A stretch of DNA of 63,752 bases, filler included, from Hausera hauseri (taxonomy: Eukaryota): the NCBI GenBank assembly GCA_046269625.1. It is 10 parts of 10 records of this genome, joined end to end, with 100 filler letters (N's around TTAATTAATTAA, not from the genome) between each part and the next. Parts side by side here need not be neighbours in the genome. Positions count along the whole stretch, not along the records: positions 23,489 to 27,592 come from JBJURY010760096.1; positions 27,693 to 40,103 come from JBJURY010035556.1; 8 more parts are not named here. One strand, 5' to 3'. The translations under genes and the position numbers were made by a program. Below, in pieces: positions 25,531 through 36,373 of the stretch. The notes beneath the pieces are model-generated. The model made no database searches and was not told where the DNA came from. It was given only the letters and a program-made list of their open reading frames with translations. Positions within the stretch are counted from its first letter, which is position 1. Each line of letters begins with the position of its first letter.

Positions 25531-25641
25531 TTTTCGAGGCGGGAGATCGGGGCCCGCCTATGGGCCCGACGCGGTGGTAGCGGGCGCCCGGCCGTGTCCA
25601 ACCAAATGGGCCATAGGGCGCCGATCGCCGCGGGTACCACA
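25530..25641 (-). repeat. GC-rich 5' portion of an LTR (homologous to 51126-51244)
   Basis: Reverse complement aligns with the sequence following the PPT at 51113-51120; starts TGTGGT. Confidence 0.7.
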
Positions 25642-25799
25642 ATCATATTTATTGTGAAATTAATTTACGAACTTACTTTCTTCTGTAAATATAACCTATA
25701 TATAAATCCTAATAATATTGTGATAAAAATTTTCTTGCTGAATTACACAACTATAAAATCATCGCTGTCTCCTCCAACAACATCACATCAAAAACCGTC

Positions 25800-27592
25800 T
25801 TAGCTAATGACTATAATGTGCCAATACCACCTTACTCTTTTGGTCAATTGTTAACGGATCTTCAAACATTTATTGCCACTCAATGAACAAGAATTCTTAA
25901 AAAAGATCCACTCTTTAAGCCCTCCTCCAATACATTTCACCACATGGTAACTTCTAACCAATGACCAATTTGTCAGAAAGTGCGACCTCTTTCACTACGT
26001 CGCAGAAAAGTCGTTGCTGAAGAATTTCAAACTCTATAGAATGTTGGTATCATTAAACATTGTAAATCACCTTGGGCCTCACCCTTACACATAGTACCAA
26101 AGAAAACTGTATCTTCAGACCTTGTGATGCCTACCGCCAATTAAACACCATCACGATCATGGACGCATATCCACTGTCACTTATTAACGACATCCCGCAC
26201 AGATTACATGGTAAAACAATCTTTTCGTCCATTGATTTCCATAAGGCATATCACCAAATACTAGGCGTTCAACTGAATTACCGAAAACGGCTGCAATAAA
26301 TCCTTTTGTCCTTTTTGAGTATTTCTACATTCTGTTTGGTCTTCGTAGTGCCTGTCAAGCGTTCCAAAGGCATATTGACACAGTTCTTGCTGGTCTCGAC
26401 TTTACCTTTCTATATATAGATGACATACTCATTGATTAGTCGTCTCCCACACAACACACTGAAAATTTGCGCATAATATTTCAACGCCTTTACCGGAACA
26501 ATTTTGAAGTGAACTCTGCCAAATGTACTTTCTTCCAACACAAAATCCACTTTCATAAACACATTTTCACTCAGTCTTGCCACTTTCCTCAGCAAGATAA
26601 CACCACTCAACTCAAAAACATCCAGCTGCCACGTACCTGAAAAGAAATGCGCTCTGGAAAGTCTTGAATGTCCTGCTCCACACTCTGAACTGTTCCTAAC
26701 AACAGACGCATCCACTACAGCAGCAAGAGCAGTACTCCATCAGGTTAGGGATTAATCTCATCAATCTCTTAAATTTTCTTCACGAAAATTCACAAAAGTT
26801 GAAAAAAGTTATTCCACTTTCTACAGGGAGTTACTTGCTATGGTCCTGGCAGTAAAGCACTTCAAACACCTTTGTTCTTATGTACCTTAACAATACAAAC
26901 AGACCAAATGCCCTTACTTTACATTCTCACTATGAAATCGCCATCTCTACGTCAGGGTAGACAGATATCATACCTCTCGACATTCGTTTTGATACAAAAC
27001 ATTTTAGGGGTTGAAAATTTAGTGGCTAATTTTTTGTCGCGTTCCGTCGACTAGATCACGTTTGCACCCATTTTTGACAACGAGTTACTCCAACGGAACC
27101 GGTCAGATGAATTTATTCTCTCAGCTTTCAAATCTTAAAAATTTATTGATGGCGTAGCTTTTGACACCTTTAATCATTAATTCACTAAATTCATTTTATC
27201 TCCTTCTTTGCAAAAAACTGCATTAAACAACATTCATTCACTGCCTCATCCAGGATCCAAAACTACATATTGCCTTTTTAAAAGACAAATTGCATGATTA
27301 TCAATGAGAAAAGATGAGCAGGACTAGATTAGGGAGTGTGCGGCATGCCAAAAGTTTAAAACAGCCAAACACCTCAAGCCGCCATTTTATCGTTTTCTCT
27401 GCACATTACGTTTTGAAACAGCCCATATTGACATACCTGGTCCACTTCCGTTAGACAATGGCTATCAGTTCATCCTTACTATGATTGTCCGTGCTTCTAG
27501 ACGACCAGAAGTCATTCCACTTCGTTCCACCAACACTACGACCATCGCTGGTTTGTTCATACGCACATGGTTCAGCAGATTCGACTCGAATA
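25800..27592 (+). mobile_element. Heavily decayed Gypsy pol (RT-RNase H-IN), same family as 6817-11500
   Basis: DAYRQLNTITIMDAYPL, YIDDILI, TTDASTTA, VENLVANFLSR, HIDIPGPLP; many stops. Confidence 0.88.
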
Positions 27593-28409
27593 NNNNNNNN
27601 NNNNNNNNNNNNNNNNNNNNNNNNNNNNNNNNNNNNTTAATTAATTAANNNNNNNNNNNNNNNNNNNNNNNNNNNNNNNNNNNNNNNNNNNNAGAGATTT
27701 ATTTTGACTTAAAGCAGCCTGCGGATCCTGTTTGTTAGTTTATTTGACCTTATTGAGTTAAGAACACTAGGAGGTACACGAGCGTCGTTCCCAATATTTA
27801 ACGATTTTCAGACATCCAATGTATTACAGGGTCCGATTACCAAAGTGGGCCCTCCAATTTTTGAATTTAATTAAGCCTATAACGATACTTACGTTATTTG
27901 AAATAATCATAAAGTAAAATTGTGAAATATATAATTTAATGTAATAAGAAACAATATGTAAATCAATAAACAAGGTTATTATCGGAAATAAAACAATATA
28001 CAAGACTTACAGGAATCATACATATAGGAAGACTTCATATCCATAATGTTGTGTCTGCTTAATCAGTTCATAACTCTATATATACACAATTTCGTGAAGG
28101 CAGATTGTCTACAAAAATTAGCGTAGCATAATATTACCACATAACAAATTTCCACAACAATTGTCATATAATGAGATAAAATAATTTATATTTTTTATAT
28201 CACAAAGAAAATGTCTATAAGTCAAAAAGTCATATTTTATTATTAGTCAATTTTATCAACTGGGAAGTTTATTACTTTCCCTAGTCGGATTTTATTGTTC
28301 TTACATTAACAGCACACATTTATGTTTAATGATTGTCTCAGTCTTTAACGATTGTCTCAACAATATTAAAATCCTTCATCTTTTTCAGATATCTGTCTCT
28401 GATTATGAT

Positions 28410-28703
28410 TGTTGGCCGCGGGCGCAACCACACCGTCCACATCGTCGCCCAGCTTGAGTAGGGTTGTGGCATGTCCGCTAAATCAGAATTTGATCGTTTG
28501 TAATTATTCATTGCAAAGTAACACCAGTTGTTGAAAATTTTATTGTTTCTCAAAATACTCATTTGAAAACAAATCCGAAAATTCCAAAATTAAATTATAC
28601 TTTTAATATTACATTTTTAAATTAAATTCATGGTCGAATTTTTAAAATTTAAAAATGTTTCTAATTTAAAATTAGAATTTTAGTTCTCTATTATATCTTT
28701 ACA
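28410..28703 (-). repeat. 3' LTR (~294 bp, TG...CA) preceded by PPT
   Basis: PPT AAAAAAGGGGGA directly before TGT at 28703; ends CCAACA; homologous to 35637-35931. Confidence 0.85.
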
Positions 28704-29080
28704 TCCCCCTTTTTTAAGAATCTTAGTAGTTTCTCTACGTTTCTCTCCAAGGTTTGGCCATCTTGATGTCGTAGTACATATCGTCTGTCGTGTACTTTCT
28801 CAATGATCGTGTACGGGCCTTTGTATTTGTCTTTCTCCTTTGCTCCGGATTCCTTCCGCACCAGCACCTTATCCCCTACTTCAAACCTCCGTTTTACCGT
28901 GGGTTCTTCCTGACTCTCTGTGTTCCTCCCTTCTGTTCCTTCTTTTTGTCCATACCACTTTTCTCTATATATCTTTCTGCGAAATATTATCTCTGCTGGG
29001 CTCTTACCTGTCGTCTTCTGGACTGTCGCATTCAACGTAAATTCTATTTCTACTAGTATGTCCTCCCAGTCCACTCTCGA
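28691..29080 (-). mobile_element. Gypsy integrase C-terminal fragment
   Basis: EFTLNATVQKTTGKSPAEIIF, FEVGDKVLV, YKGPYTI (GPY module) running into PPT/LTR. Confidence 0.85.
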
Positions 29081-29235
29081 TTTACAGCACTGCAAACATT
29101 GTCATTTATTAGAAAAGCATGGGGAGATAATGCAGTTTCTCAGTCTTCTGTTTATCTGTTGTATTCTGTATTTAGAAGTGGTAACCGTGAGTCACTTGAA
29201 GCTGCGGAACAACTGATAATAACGTTAAACAGGTG
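29080..29235 (+). repeat. ~155-bp repeat, inverted copy at 34184-34364
   Basis: Both copies encode HLLEKHGEIMQFLSLLFICCILYLEVVTVSHLKL; differ by a ~24-bp indel. Confidence 0.85.
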
Positions 29236-30099
29236 ATTATTTGTAAACTAAGAACAGTTGATTCCTTTGTGTATTCTTTAGACTGACTATTGCTAATACG
29301 AAGTACATTTAGGAGCATTTTCTTCACTTTGTGGTAAATGAATATTTTATGAACAAATTATATTCAGCTACAAATTCGTTTTATTTTATTTAAATTTTTC
29401 TTTATTATATAATTTATTTTAAAATTAATATCGCTCAGAAAAATAATTTTAAACCATGAAGAACCATTTACAATTGAAATCAAAATTAGAAATAAAATTA
29501 AAAGTTTGATTTAAATTTAAATTAAATCTCACATCTTTTAGTCAAGAATCTTTACTTTTTTTATAGTTGTTTTAAAAGTATTTTTGGAGCCATTCTATCC
29601 TTTGAATGATCGTAGTTTCGTTATTTATTGTAAGAAATAACTGCGACCATCCCTTTCTTTAGTCATTTTCATGGGTCCTTCATAATGTTTTATTCTATCA
29701 TCGTTTTCAAATACATAAGGGATAATAAAAATGTAAATATTATTATTAATTTCGCACTGTAATATTCTTTTTGATACCTCTTCTGCAGTATTTTCTTATT
29801 TTACGGAGTCATAATCTATAAACAATATATTCCTAACATAGGATTTGAATTATAGTGTGATGACGATTATAACATTGATTATTACTTACAATTAAAATCT
29901 CTAAAATATTTTGTCTATCTACTTACCTTTTTCATAAATCTTTTATGGTATATCTAAATCTTATATTTTTGTTTCCTTTAATTATTGACGATTTCAATGA
30001 AAACCTTACCTAGCACAAATGCTATGTGCAATAAATCAAAACATGGAAAATAGAAAAAAGTTTTGTAAAACAGTATATTTAACAAAGTATTAAACAATT

Positions 30100-33000
30100 C
30101 TAAAACGTTTTCTGAGCATTCTTTACGGACTTTCTCTGTCTCTTTATCATATTAGTCTCTTCAATGTCGTTAACTGATGGCTCAACACATTTTCGTTTCC
30201 TGCTGTAATTTGGTATTCTTTTACAATTTTTTCCCAAGGCCATGAAAGAAAATTCATTGATTCTTTCCATTTGGTTGTTGAGAGTTGATACCCATCTTTT
30301 TCTCGATTTTTTCCCTGTATTTTTCTCATATTCATCGTCATCATATTTAACCTCCTTTATTTTCTTGCCTTTAATACATCCCAAAATTTCTCTTGCAACT
30401 GTTGCTTTGTCATCTATGTCTGAATCAAAATATATACCCATTGAACTAAAGTTTTGAAGAAACGTTTTTTGTCCTCTGCTTACTACGGATGACTTTCCAT
30501 ATGCACTAATCAACGCTCTATTAATTACTGGATAATATTCAGACTCGATAAGAGCACCAACAAGATGTGATGTATCTGTCAATTTAATTCGGACAACGTT
30601 CAGTTTCAGCAGAGAATTACAAGCAGTGTCAATGTGTTTCCAAGCAGTACACACAGATCCCGATACCACACAATACTGCTTCCTCCGTTTTCCATATCGA
30701 CAGCAACACGAACCGTTCCATAGAACATGCATGCACTTGTCCATACTCTCTATAAACGCATGCTTCCACATTAATTCAGCTCTATCGACATCTATTTGAA
30801 TCCACATTCTTTTGAATTCTTCAATCGCTAATTGTTTTGGCGGAAAGTTTGGCGTAATTAGCACTACGGAATTTGGGCTGTCTGAAACGACAAGAGCAAC
30901 TATTATTTTTGCTGAATTTGGAATACAAAATGTGCTGCATTGACCGGCTTCCGTATACATTTTTATGGCATTTTCCCAGTTTGTGCCTTCGTATATATTT
31001 TCCACTTTGTGTATGTATATACTTCCTGATGGATTGATGAATCGTTCTGTCGAAATAAGTCTGATTTGTCCGTTTTCACATCCAACATCTCTCGTTCCGT
31101 AGTCGTATTCATTCAACTCTTTTGCTTCTTTTATTTCCAATTCCATAAGGTGCATAAAGTATTGATAAATTGCATTCTGGACATTCAATTCGATACCAAG
31201 TAAACGATTCAGAAACTTATTAACGGATATTTCTTGGTCATCATCTAGCCCAACGCTTGTCAAACTCGTTCTTGCCAAATTCTGAAACATGATTTCGTCA
31301 AACATATCCAGACATACTTTAGGCACATCTAAAAATGCGTTTGTGCCAAATATGTTTTTCAGAAGCTTCTGTATGGCTCGCTCGGCATACTTGTTATCAA
31401 TATTAAATTTGGATAAATCAAGCATTTCAGATGACTTTCTATCACCTTGAGTAAATGCACCAAGAGTCTGTAATCGTTTTGCGATGGAAGCCACAAATCG
31501 TTTTTCTCCATCGAGATCAGATATAAGTAACACATAATGAGGAGCCACAACCTGGTTTGATCTATGTGTTCGACCGAACTGTTGAATGACTTTGTCGGCT
31601 GACCATGGTAATTCAAGAGTTATGTGAAGTCTTTGACTGTTGTTTTTAAATCGTCTGTCAGAGTGTAAGGATATACCAGTGCTAGCAACGTCCGAAATTA
31701 TGGAAACTATTTTTTCCCCCGAATTAAATAAATCCTTTTCGTATAAATTGACTTTTTCAATAGTAAATTCATTTTGTATTCGCGATTCGTAACGAATTTT
31801 TCCATCATCATTCATGATTACTCGACCTCTTCTTCCGGTTAATTCTGAAACGAAATCCGGACCACCAAACATTAAAATCAGTTCGTCCAAAATATTGTTT
31901 GGTAGTAATTTTCGCAGATCGTCTAAAGATTTTAGTAAATTTTGTTTTGTCTCATTATCTAAAAGACTTGATAAATTTTCTCTCATATCGTCATGTTCAT
32001 TTTCTTGAATAAATTCTTCCACTGTGTTGTATTCTAAATTTCTCTTTTCTGTGAGAAGATTTGTAAAAGTATCATAGGCAGCCGAGGGAAACTCGTTAAG
32101 AATTCCATTCTGTTCTTCTAATAATCGGTTCGTATTCGCCTCACCAGTCGATTGAATTCCAATAACCACAGACTTGTTGTTGATTAAGGCCGAATTACTG
32201 AGTTCAAAGCATTTGGTCAATTTTGCTGATAGACAAAGTTGTTTGAAAAATCGTTGATGAGCAGCCCAGAAAACTTTATGAAATGATTGGTGTTTTGTCT
32301 TCCTTGATAGCGAATCAGTCGTGAGAGCATTATACAATTTGGTCCACAGTGTTACACAGAGGTCATAAATTGTTCTGAAATTGTATCCTTTTATTTGTAC
32401 GCTAGATGTTTCTACAACCTGAACTTCGCAGCTAACGTCCTTGAAACTTATTTGTCTGGACATGTACAGACCTTTCGATTTCATTTCCATAGCTATCAAT
32501 TCCAACGCACTAACATCATGCTTTAAAAGGAATTCTTCAAAATATTTGAATTCTGTAAAACAACTGCCTTGTCCCCACAAGCCCAGACGCAACATATATG
32601 CCATATGCTTAGGTTCTGTAGCTCCAGTTGCACTCACGTATACGATGCGACTATTTGGTAGAAACTGTTGGATATCAATGACAGCTTTGGCTGTTTTTGT
32701 TGTTCCAATCACATTTTTTGCTTTGTGGCATTCGTCAAAAATAATCAAGCCATCGAAATCTTTACCGCACCATTCTAAAATTTGATTTAATCGGCTTCTT
32801 TGAAGTCCTAATTTTTCTTGACAAATCACACAATTATAGCTTACAAACAGAACTCCATTTTGTTTATTAATAGGGTCATATGACATTTCACTCAAAGAGT
32901 AGATATCGACATTTAATCCAATGTCCTTTAAATCTCTTTCGGCGTCTTCTTTCAGCACATTTGAAACAGATATCCAAATGGCTTTCTTCCGATTTGCAAT

Positions 33001-33531
33001 AATATTCTCATATATAATTCCTGCTATTGTTCTACCTTTTCCAACTCCCGTACCATCTCCAAGAAAGAATCCTGCTCGACATTTATCTGGTAAACGTTCT
33101 TCATGTTTCTGACAAGCATAAATGATGGCTTCCACTTGAGCGTTTGAAAGTCGACCGTCACTTATAATGCTTGATGGAATTTGTAGCAGATATGTCTGTT
33201 CAGGTGGCCTAACAATAGATAATGAATATGACTCAACTAATGAAGTAGTGTGAGGCAAACCTTCATTTTTTATCGATGATTTATATTCCTGAAATGTACT
33301 GTTGTTTGACAATTCTAGATCTTTAAAAATATGTTCCCAATTCTGCTTTCCATACAACCAGCGAAGGTATGCATTCGTCTGCATTGACGACGAATTTATC
33401 ACAGGTATTTGTGTAGTCTGTAAATTATTTACAGAAACAACAGACGACGTATGAGCGTAACCACATTGAGATTCGTAACTCTTTGGATTCATAATGATTG
33501 ATTTTAAATAGGATTTGTTACCATATGACAT
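30100..33531 (-). CDS. SBNO: Strawberry notch family SF2 helicase-like protein, intact and intronless (1143 aa)
   Basis: LSNAQVEAIIYACQKHE, GFFLGDGTGVGKGRTIAG, IIFDECHKAKN, YVSATGA, FWAAHQRFF, SELTGR, GISLHSD, LELPWSADK, QQFGRTHRSNQ, FLNRLLG. Confidence 0.93.
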   Translation of the reverse strand: MSYGNKSYLKSIIMNPKSYESQCGYAHTSSVVSVNNLQTTQIPVINSSSMQTNAYLRWLYGKQNWEHIFKDLELSNNSTFQEYKSSIKNEGLPHTTSLVESYSLSIVRPPEQTYLLQIPSSIISDGRLSNAQVEAIIYACQKHEERLPDKCRAGFFLGDGTGVGKGRTIAGIIYENIIANRKKAIWISVSNVLKEDAERDLKDIGLNVDIYSLSEMSYDPINKQNGVLFVSYNCVICQEKLGLQRSRLNQILEWCGKDFDGLIIFDECHKAKNVIGTTKTAKAVIDIQQFLPNSRIVYVSATGATEPKHMAYMLRLGLWGQGSCFTEFKYFEEFLLKHDVSALELIAMEMKSKGLYMSRQISFKDVSCEVQVVETSSVQIKGYNFRTIYDLCVTLWTKLYNALTTDSLSRKTKHQSFHKVFWAAHQRFFKQLCLSAKLTKCFELSNSALINNKSVVIGIQSTGEANTNRLLEEQNGILNEFPSAAYDTFTNLLTEKRNLEYNTVEEFIQENEHDDMRENLSSLLDNETKQNLLKSLDDLRKLLPNNILDELILMFGGPDFVSELTGRRGRVIMNDDGKIRYESRIQNEFTIEKVNLYEKDLFNSGEKIVSIISDVASTGISLHSDRRFKNNSQRLHITLELPWSADKVIQQFGRTHRSNQVVAPHYVLLISDLDGEKRFVASIAKRLQTLGAFTQGDRKSSEMLDLSKFNIDNKYAERAIQKLLKNIFGTNAFLDVPKVCLDMFDEIMFQNLARTSLTSVGLDDDQEISVNKFLNRLLGIELNVQNAIYQYFMHLMELEIKEAKELNEYDYGTRDVGCENGQIRLISTERFINPSGSIYIHKVENIYEGTNWENAIKMYTEAGQCSTFCIPNSAKIIVALVVSDSPNSVVLITPNFPPKQLAIEEFKRMWIQIDVDRAELMWKHAFIESMDKCMHVLWNGSCCCRYGKRRKQYCVVSGSVCTAWKHIDTACNSLLKLNVVRIKLTDTSHLVGALIESEYYPVINRALISAYGKSSVVSRGQKTFLQNFSSMGIYFDSDIDDKATVAREILGCIKGKKIKEVKYDDDEYEKNTGKKSRKRWVSTLNNQMERINEFSFMALGKNCKRIPNYSRKRKCVEPSVNDIEETNMIKRQRKSVKNAQKTF

Positions 33532-33733
33532 TTTAATTTTTCGAAATTATCATTTAACTTAACTGTATTGGCTGCTTTGATCATAATTCCAAAAGTGTAA
33601 TATTTATATCATATTTGTTAAAATTATATAAACGATATTGGTTGAAATTAATCGACATAGTTCCGTTTTCAAAAAAGTTAATTAGTGTATTCTTACTGTG
33701 GTACATTTTTAAAGTAAAATATTTATCCGATCA

Positions 33734-33876
33734 ATTCCTGAAATGTACTGTTGTTTGACAATTCTAGATCTTTACAAATGTGTTCCCAATTCTGCTTTCC
33801 ATACAACCAGCGAAGGTAGGCATTCGTTTGCATTGACGATGAATTTATCACAGGTATATGCGTAGTCTGTAAATTA
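33734..33876 (-). repeat. 143-bp direct duplicate of SBNO 5' coding sequence (33285-33427)
   Basis: Near-identical sequence with a handful of substitutions. Confidence 0.9.
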
Positions 33877-34183
33877 AAGGTATTGATTGAAAGTTGTGTT
33901 TAAAAATCAATTTTAGTTTACATGTAAAGTTGGAAAATGTAGCTGATACTTTTACAATGAAGTCCAATATTGGAATGAATTTTTATTATACAAAAGTGGT
34001 ATACAGTAGCTCAAAGCCATCTCGTACGATTTTAAATTGTACTGAAAATTTACGATAATTCTGTAAATTTTGAAATAAATGAATTTAGATTTTAACGGTT
34101 AATAATATGTTATTTATTATTAGAATTAATCTGCACGATTTCTTTAATTGTCAAATGCATATTTTCCTTTAATAACGCTGCAA

Positions 34184-34364
34184 CACCTATTCAACGTTAT
34201 TATCTGTTGTGGTTCAGGAAGGGCATCCACTTCGTTCTGCAGCTTCAAGTGACTCACGGTTACCACTTCCAAATACAGAATACAACAGATAAACAGTAGA
34301 CTGAGAAACTGCATTATCTCCCCATGCTTTTCTAATAAATGACAACGTTTGCAGCGCCGTAAAT
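34184..34364 (-). repeat. Inverted copy of 29080-29235
   Basis: Direct reverse-complement alignment. Confidence 0.85.
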
Positions 34365-34689
34365 TCATTCCGCCGACACATGTCTACTAACATCCTAACA
34401 TACTAACATTAATTTCCATTTCTGACAATTACAAAAATAAGAAAAGTTTAGCGCCTTACAATTTCGTTAATAATGTAGTTATGGTTCTAAAACTTAGAAT
34501 GCAAAGATCATGTATTACGTAGTATCATGTGTTACAATTTCATAACAATCAAATCTTTTTTGGCAAAATGCCAATATTTTCTTATTACTTTTGTATCTAC
34601 TAAACAACATACTCAAATAAAATTTATTTACTTTATCATAATAATTATTTTGATTCAACCTCATTAATAAAAGTTTTCCTTTAAAACAA

Positions 34690-35636
34690 GATCATTTTTG
34701 GAAATATGTCTAAAAGGTTATGCCAATGAACATAAATGCGGAGAACAACTGCAAAGAAATAGGAAGACTATTAAATGTAAAAATTGTAATAAAAAATTTC
34801 TCAAAATTTACCAAAAAATCATAAATGTAACCATAAAACTTGTTCCTTATTTTTTGAACTATATCCAATTGAAAAAACTATTAATATTATATATAATCAA
34901 TTAAATCATTTAAATATTTTAAGAAATACATACTTTTTGATTTTGAGGCATCAGTGAATGAACAATATCATCATATGAACTAGTGTGTTTTGTACGATTC
35001 ATGTCAAAATACTTTATACACCATTACGGATAAATCATTTACAGTTCTTGATAAAGATTCTAAAATAGAAATTCAAATAAACGATCCCATGAAGAAAAAT
35101 AAAGATATAAATATTAGATTCATCGACTCAATAAATTTTACATTAATTCCATTAAAATCATTTCATAAAGGCATTTGTATTTGAAGGTCAAAAAGGCGAT
35201 TTCCCACAGTATTTTAATAAAAAATTGGAATTGTTGAACCATATTCCTCACTCGAAGATAGTGGTTATTACGAAAAATTAGACAATTATGCAGAAAAACA
35301 AGAATTATTTGATTGGTATCAAACAGTAAAAGATCAAACATTTAATTTTCAAAATGAAATATTTAAATATTGCTTAGATGTTATGATATAAAAAAGGGAT
35401 ATATGATTTATAGAGATTTATTCTTAAAACTCAATATATAGATATTTTCCAATGCATTTTAATAGCATAACCATGTACAGAAATTTTCTTATCAATGTTG
35501 AAAGGCCATGTTAGTTCGTGATAGTCCAAAAAATTCGAAAATATTCATTTTTGAAATCTATCCGTTGATTAAGAAACCTCGATCCAAAAGGCAAAATGTA
35601 ACATGCCATGAGAGGAGGCGAAAGAACAATTATCAT
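34690..35636 (+). pseudogene. Decayed Maverick pPolB fragment of a second subtype, interrupted by an LTR
   Basis: FFDFEA, IRFIDSINF, KGDFP, KYCLDV, HAMRGGE motifs across broken frames. Confidence 0.65.
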
Positions 35637-36030
35637 TGTGAGGGTATAATCGAGAACTGAAATTCTAAATTTAAATTAGAAACATTTTTAAATTTTATAA
35701 ATTCGACTTTGAATTTAATTTAAAAATGTAATACTAAAGTTAATTTAATTTTGTAATTTTCGGAAAACTTGTTTGCAAATGAGTATTTTGAGAAACAATA
35801 AAATTTTCAACAACTGGTGTTACTTTGCTATGAGTAATTACAAACGATCAAATTCTGATTTAGCGGACATACCACAACCCTACAAAAGCTAGGCGACAAT
35901 GTGGACGGCGTGGATGCGCCCGCAGCCAACATGGCGACTTACGCCACAATGGACATTTTAGCAAAACAATTGTTGCCCAACAAATTCAGGAAAGGCGGCG
36001 AGGTGTAGAAGTTCATTAAAGGATGTCGGT
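35637..36030 (+). mobile_element. 5' LTR (35637-35931), PBS (TGGCGAC) and gag start stub
   Basis: TG...CA LTR homologous to 28410-28703, immediately followed by TGGCG and a short ATG-started remnant (MDILAKQLLPNKF). Confidence 0.78.
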
Positions 36031-36159
36031 TTTGTTTAAATTTAAAATCAGTGGTTCCAGATTATCCATTTTTGTTGTATGTTTTCTTATGTTAGTACAA
36101 TATTTACAAATTGTACATTCACTCCAAGTGTATTTATTAATTGATTTAATTATAATTCG

Positions 36160-36355
36160 ACCTGTTTCACAAAATTTATAATCTGAATTATTTGAAGCCA
36201 CTTTTGTTGTATATTTTTAAAATGTTGTGAGTAATTGTATTACCAAGGTTATGGGTCGGTTTTTCAAATTTTCTGAAAAAATTTTTATGAGTGAACAGTG
36301 GTGGGTAGCGAACGAATGAAAATATTTTTTTAAAAATTTGAGAGGCCGGCCCATA
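36160..36355 (+). repeat. Dispersed repeat shared with 48815-49020
   Basis: CCTGTTTCACAAAATT...TCTGAATTATTTG...TATGGGT.GGTTTTTC...AAAATTTGAG...GGCCC in both places. Confidence 0.7.
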
Positions 36356-36373
36356 ACTCTGGTAATACAACTA

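Noticed and set aside
25530-25641. GC-rich island as tRNA/SINE or structured ncRNA
   Set aside because: No cloverleaf or A/B boxes recognised; it matches the LTR start at 51126.
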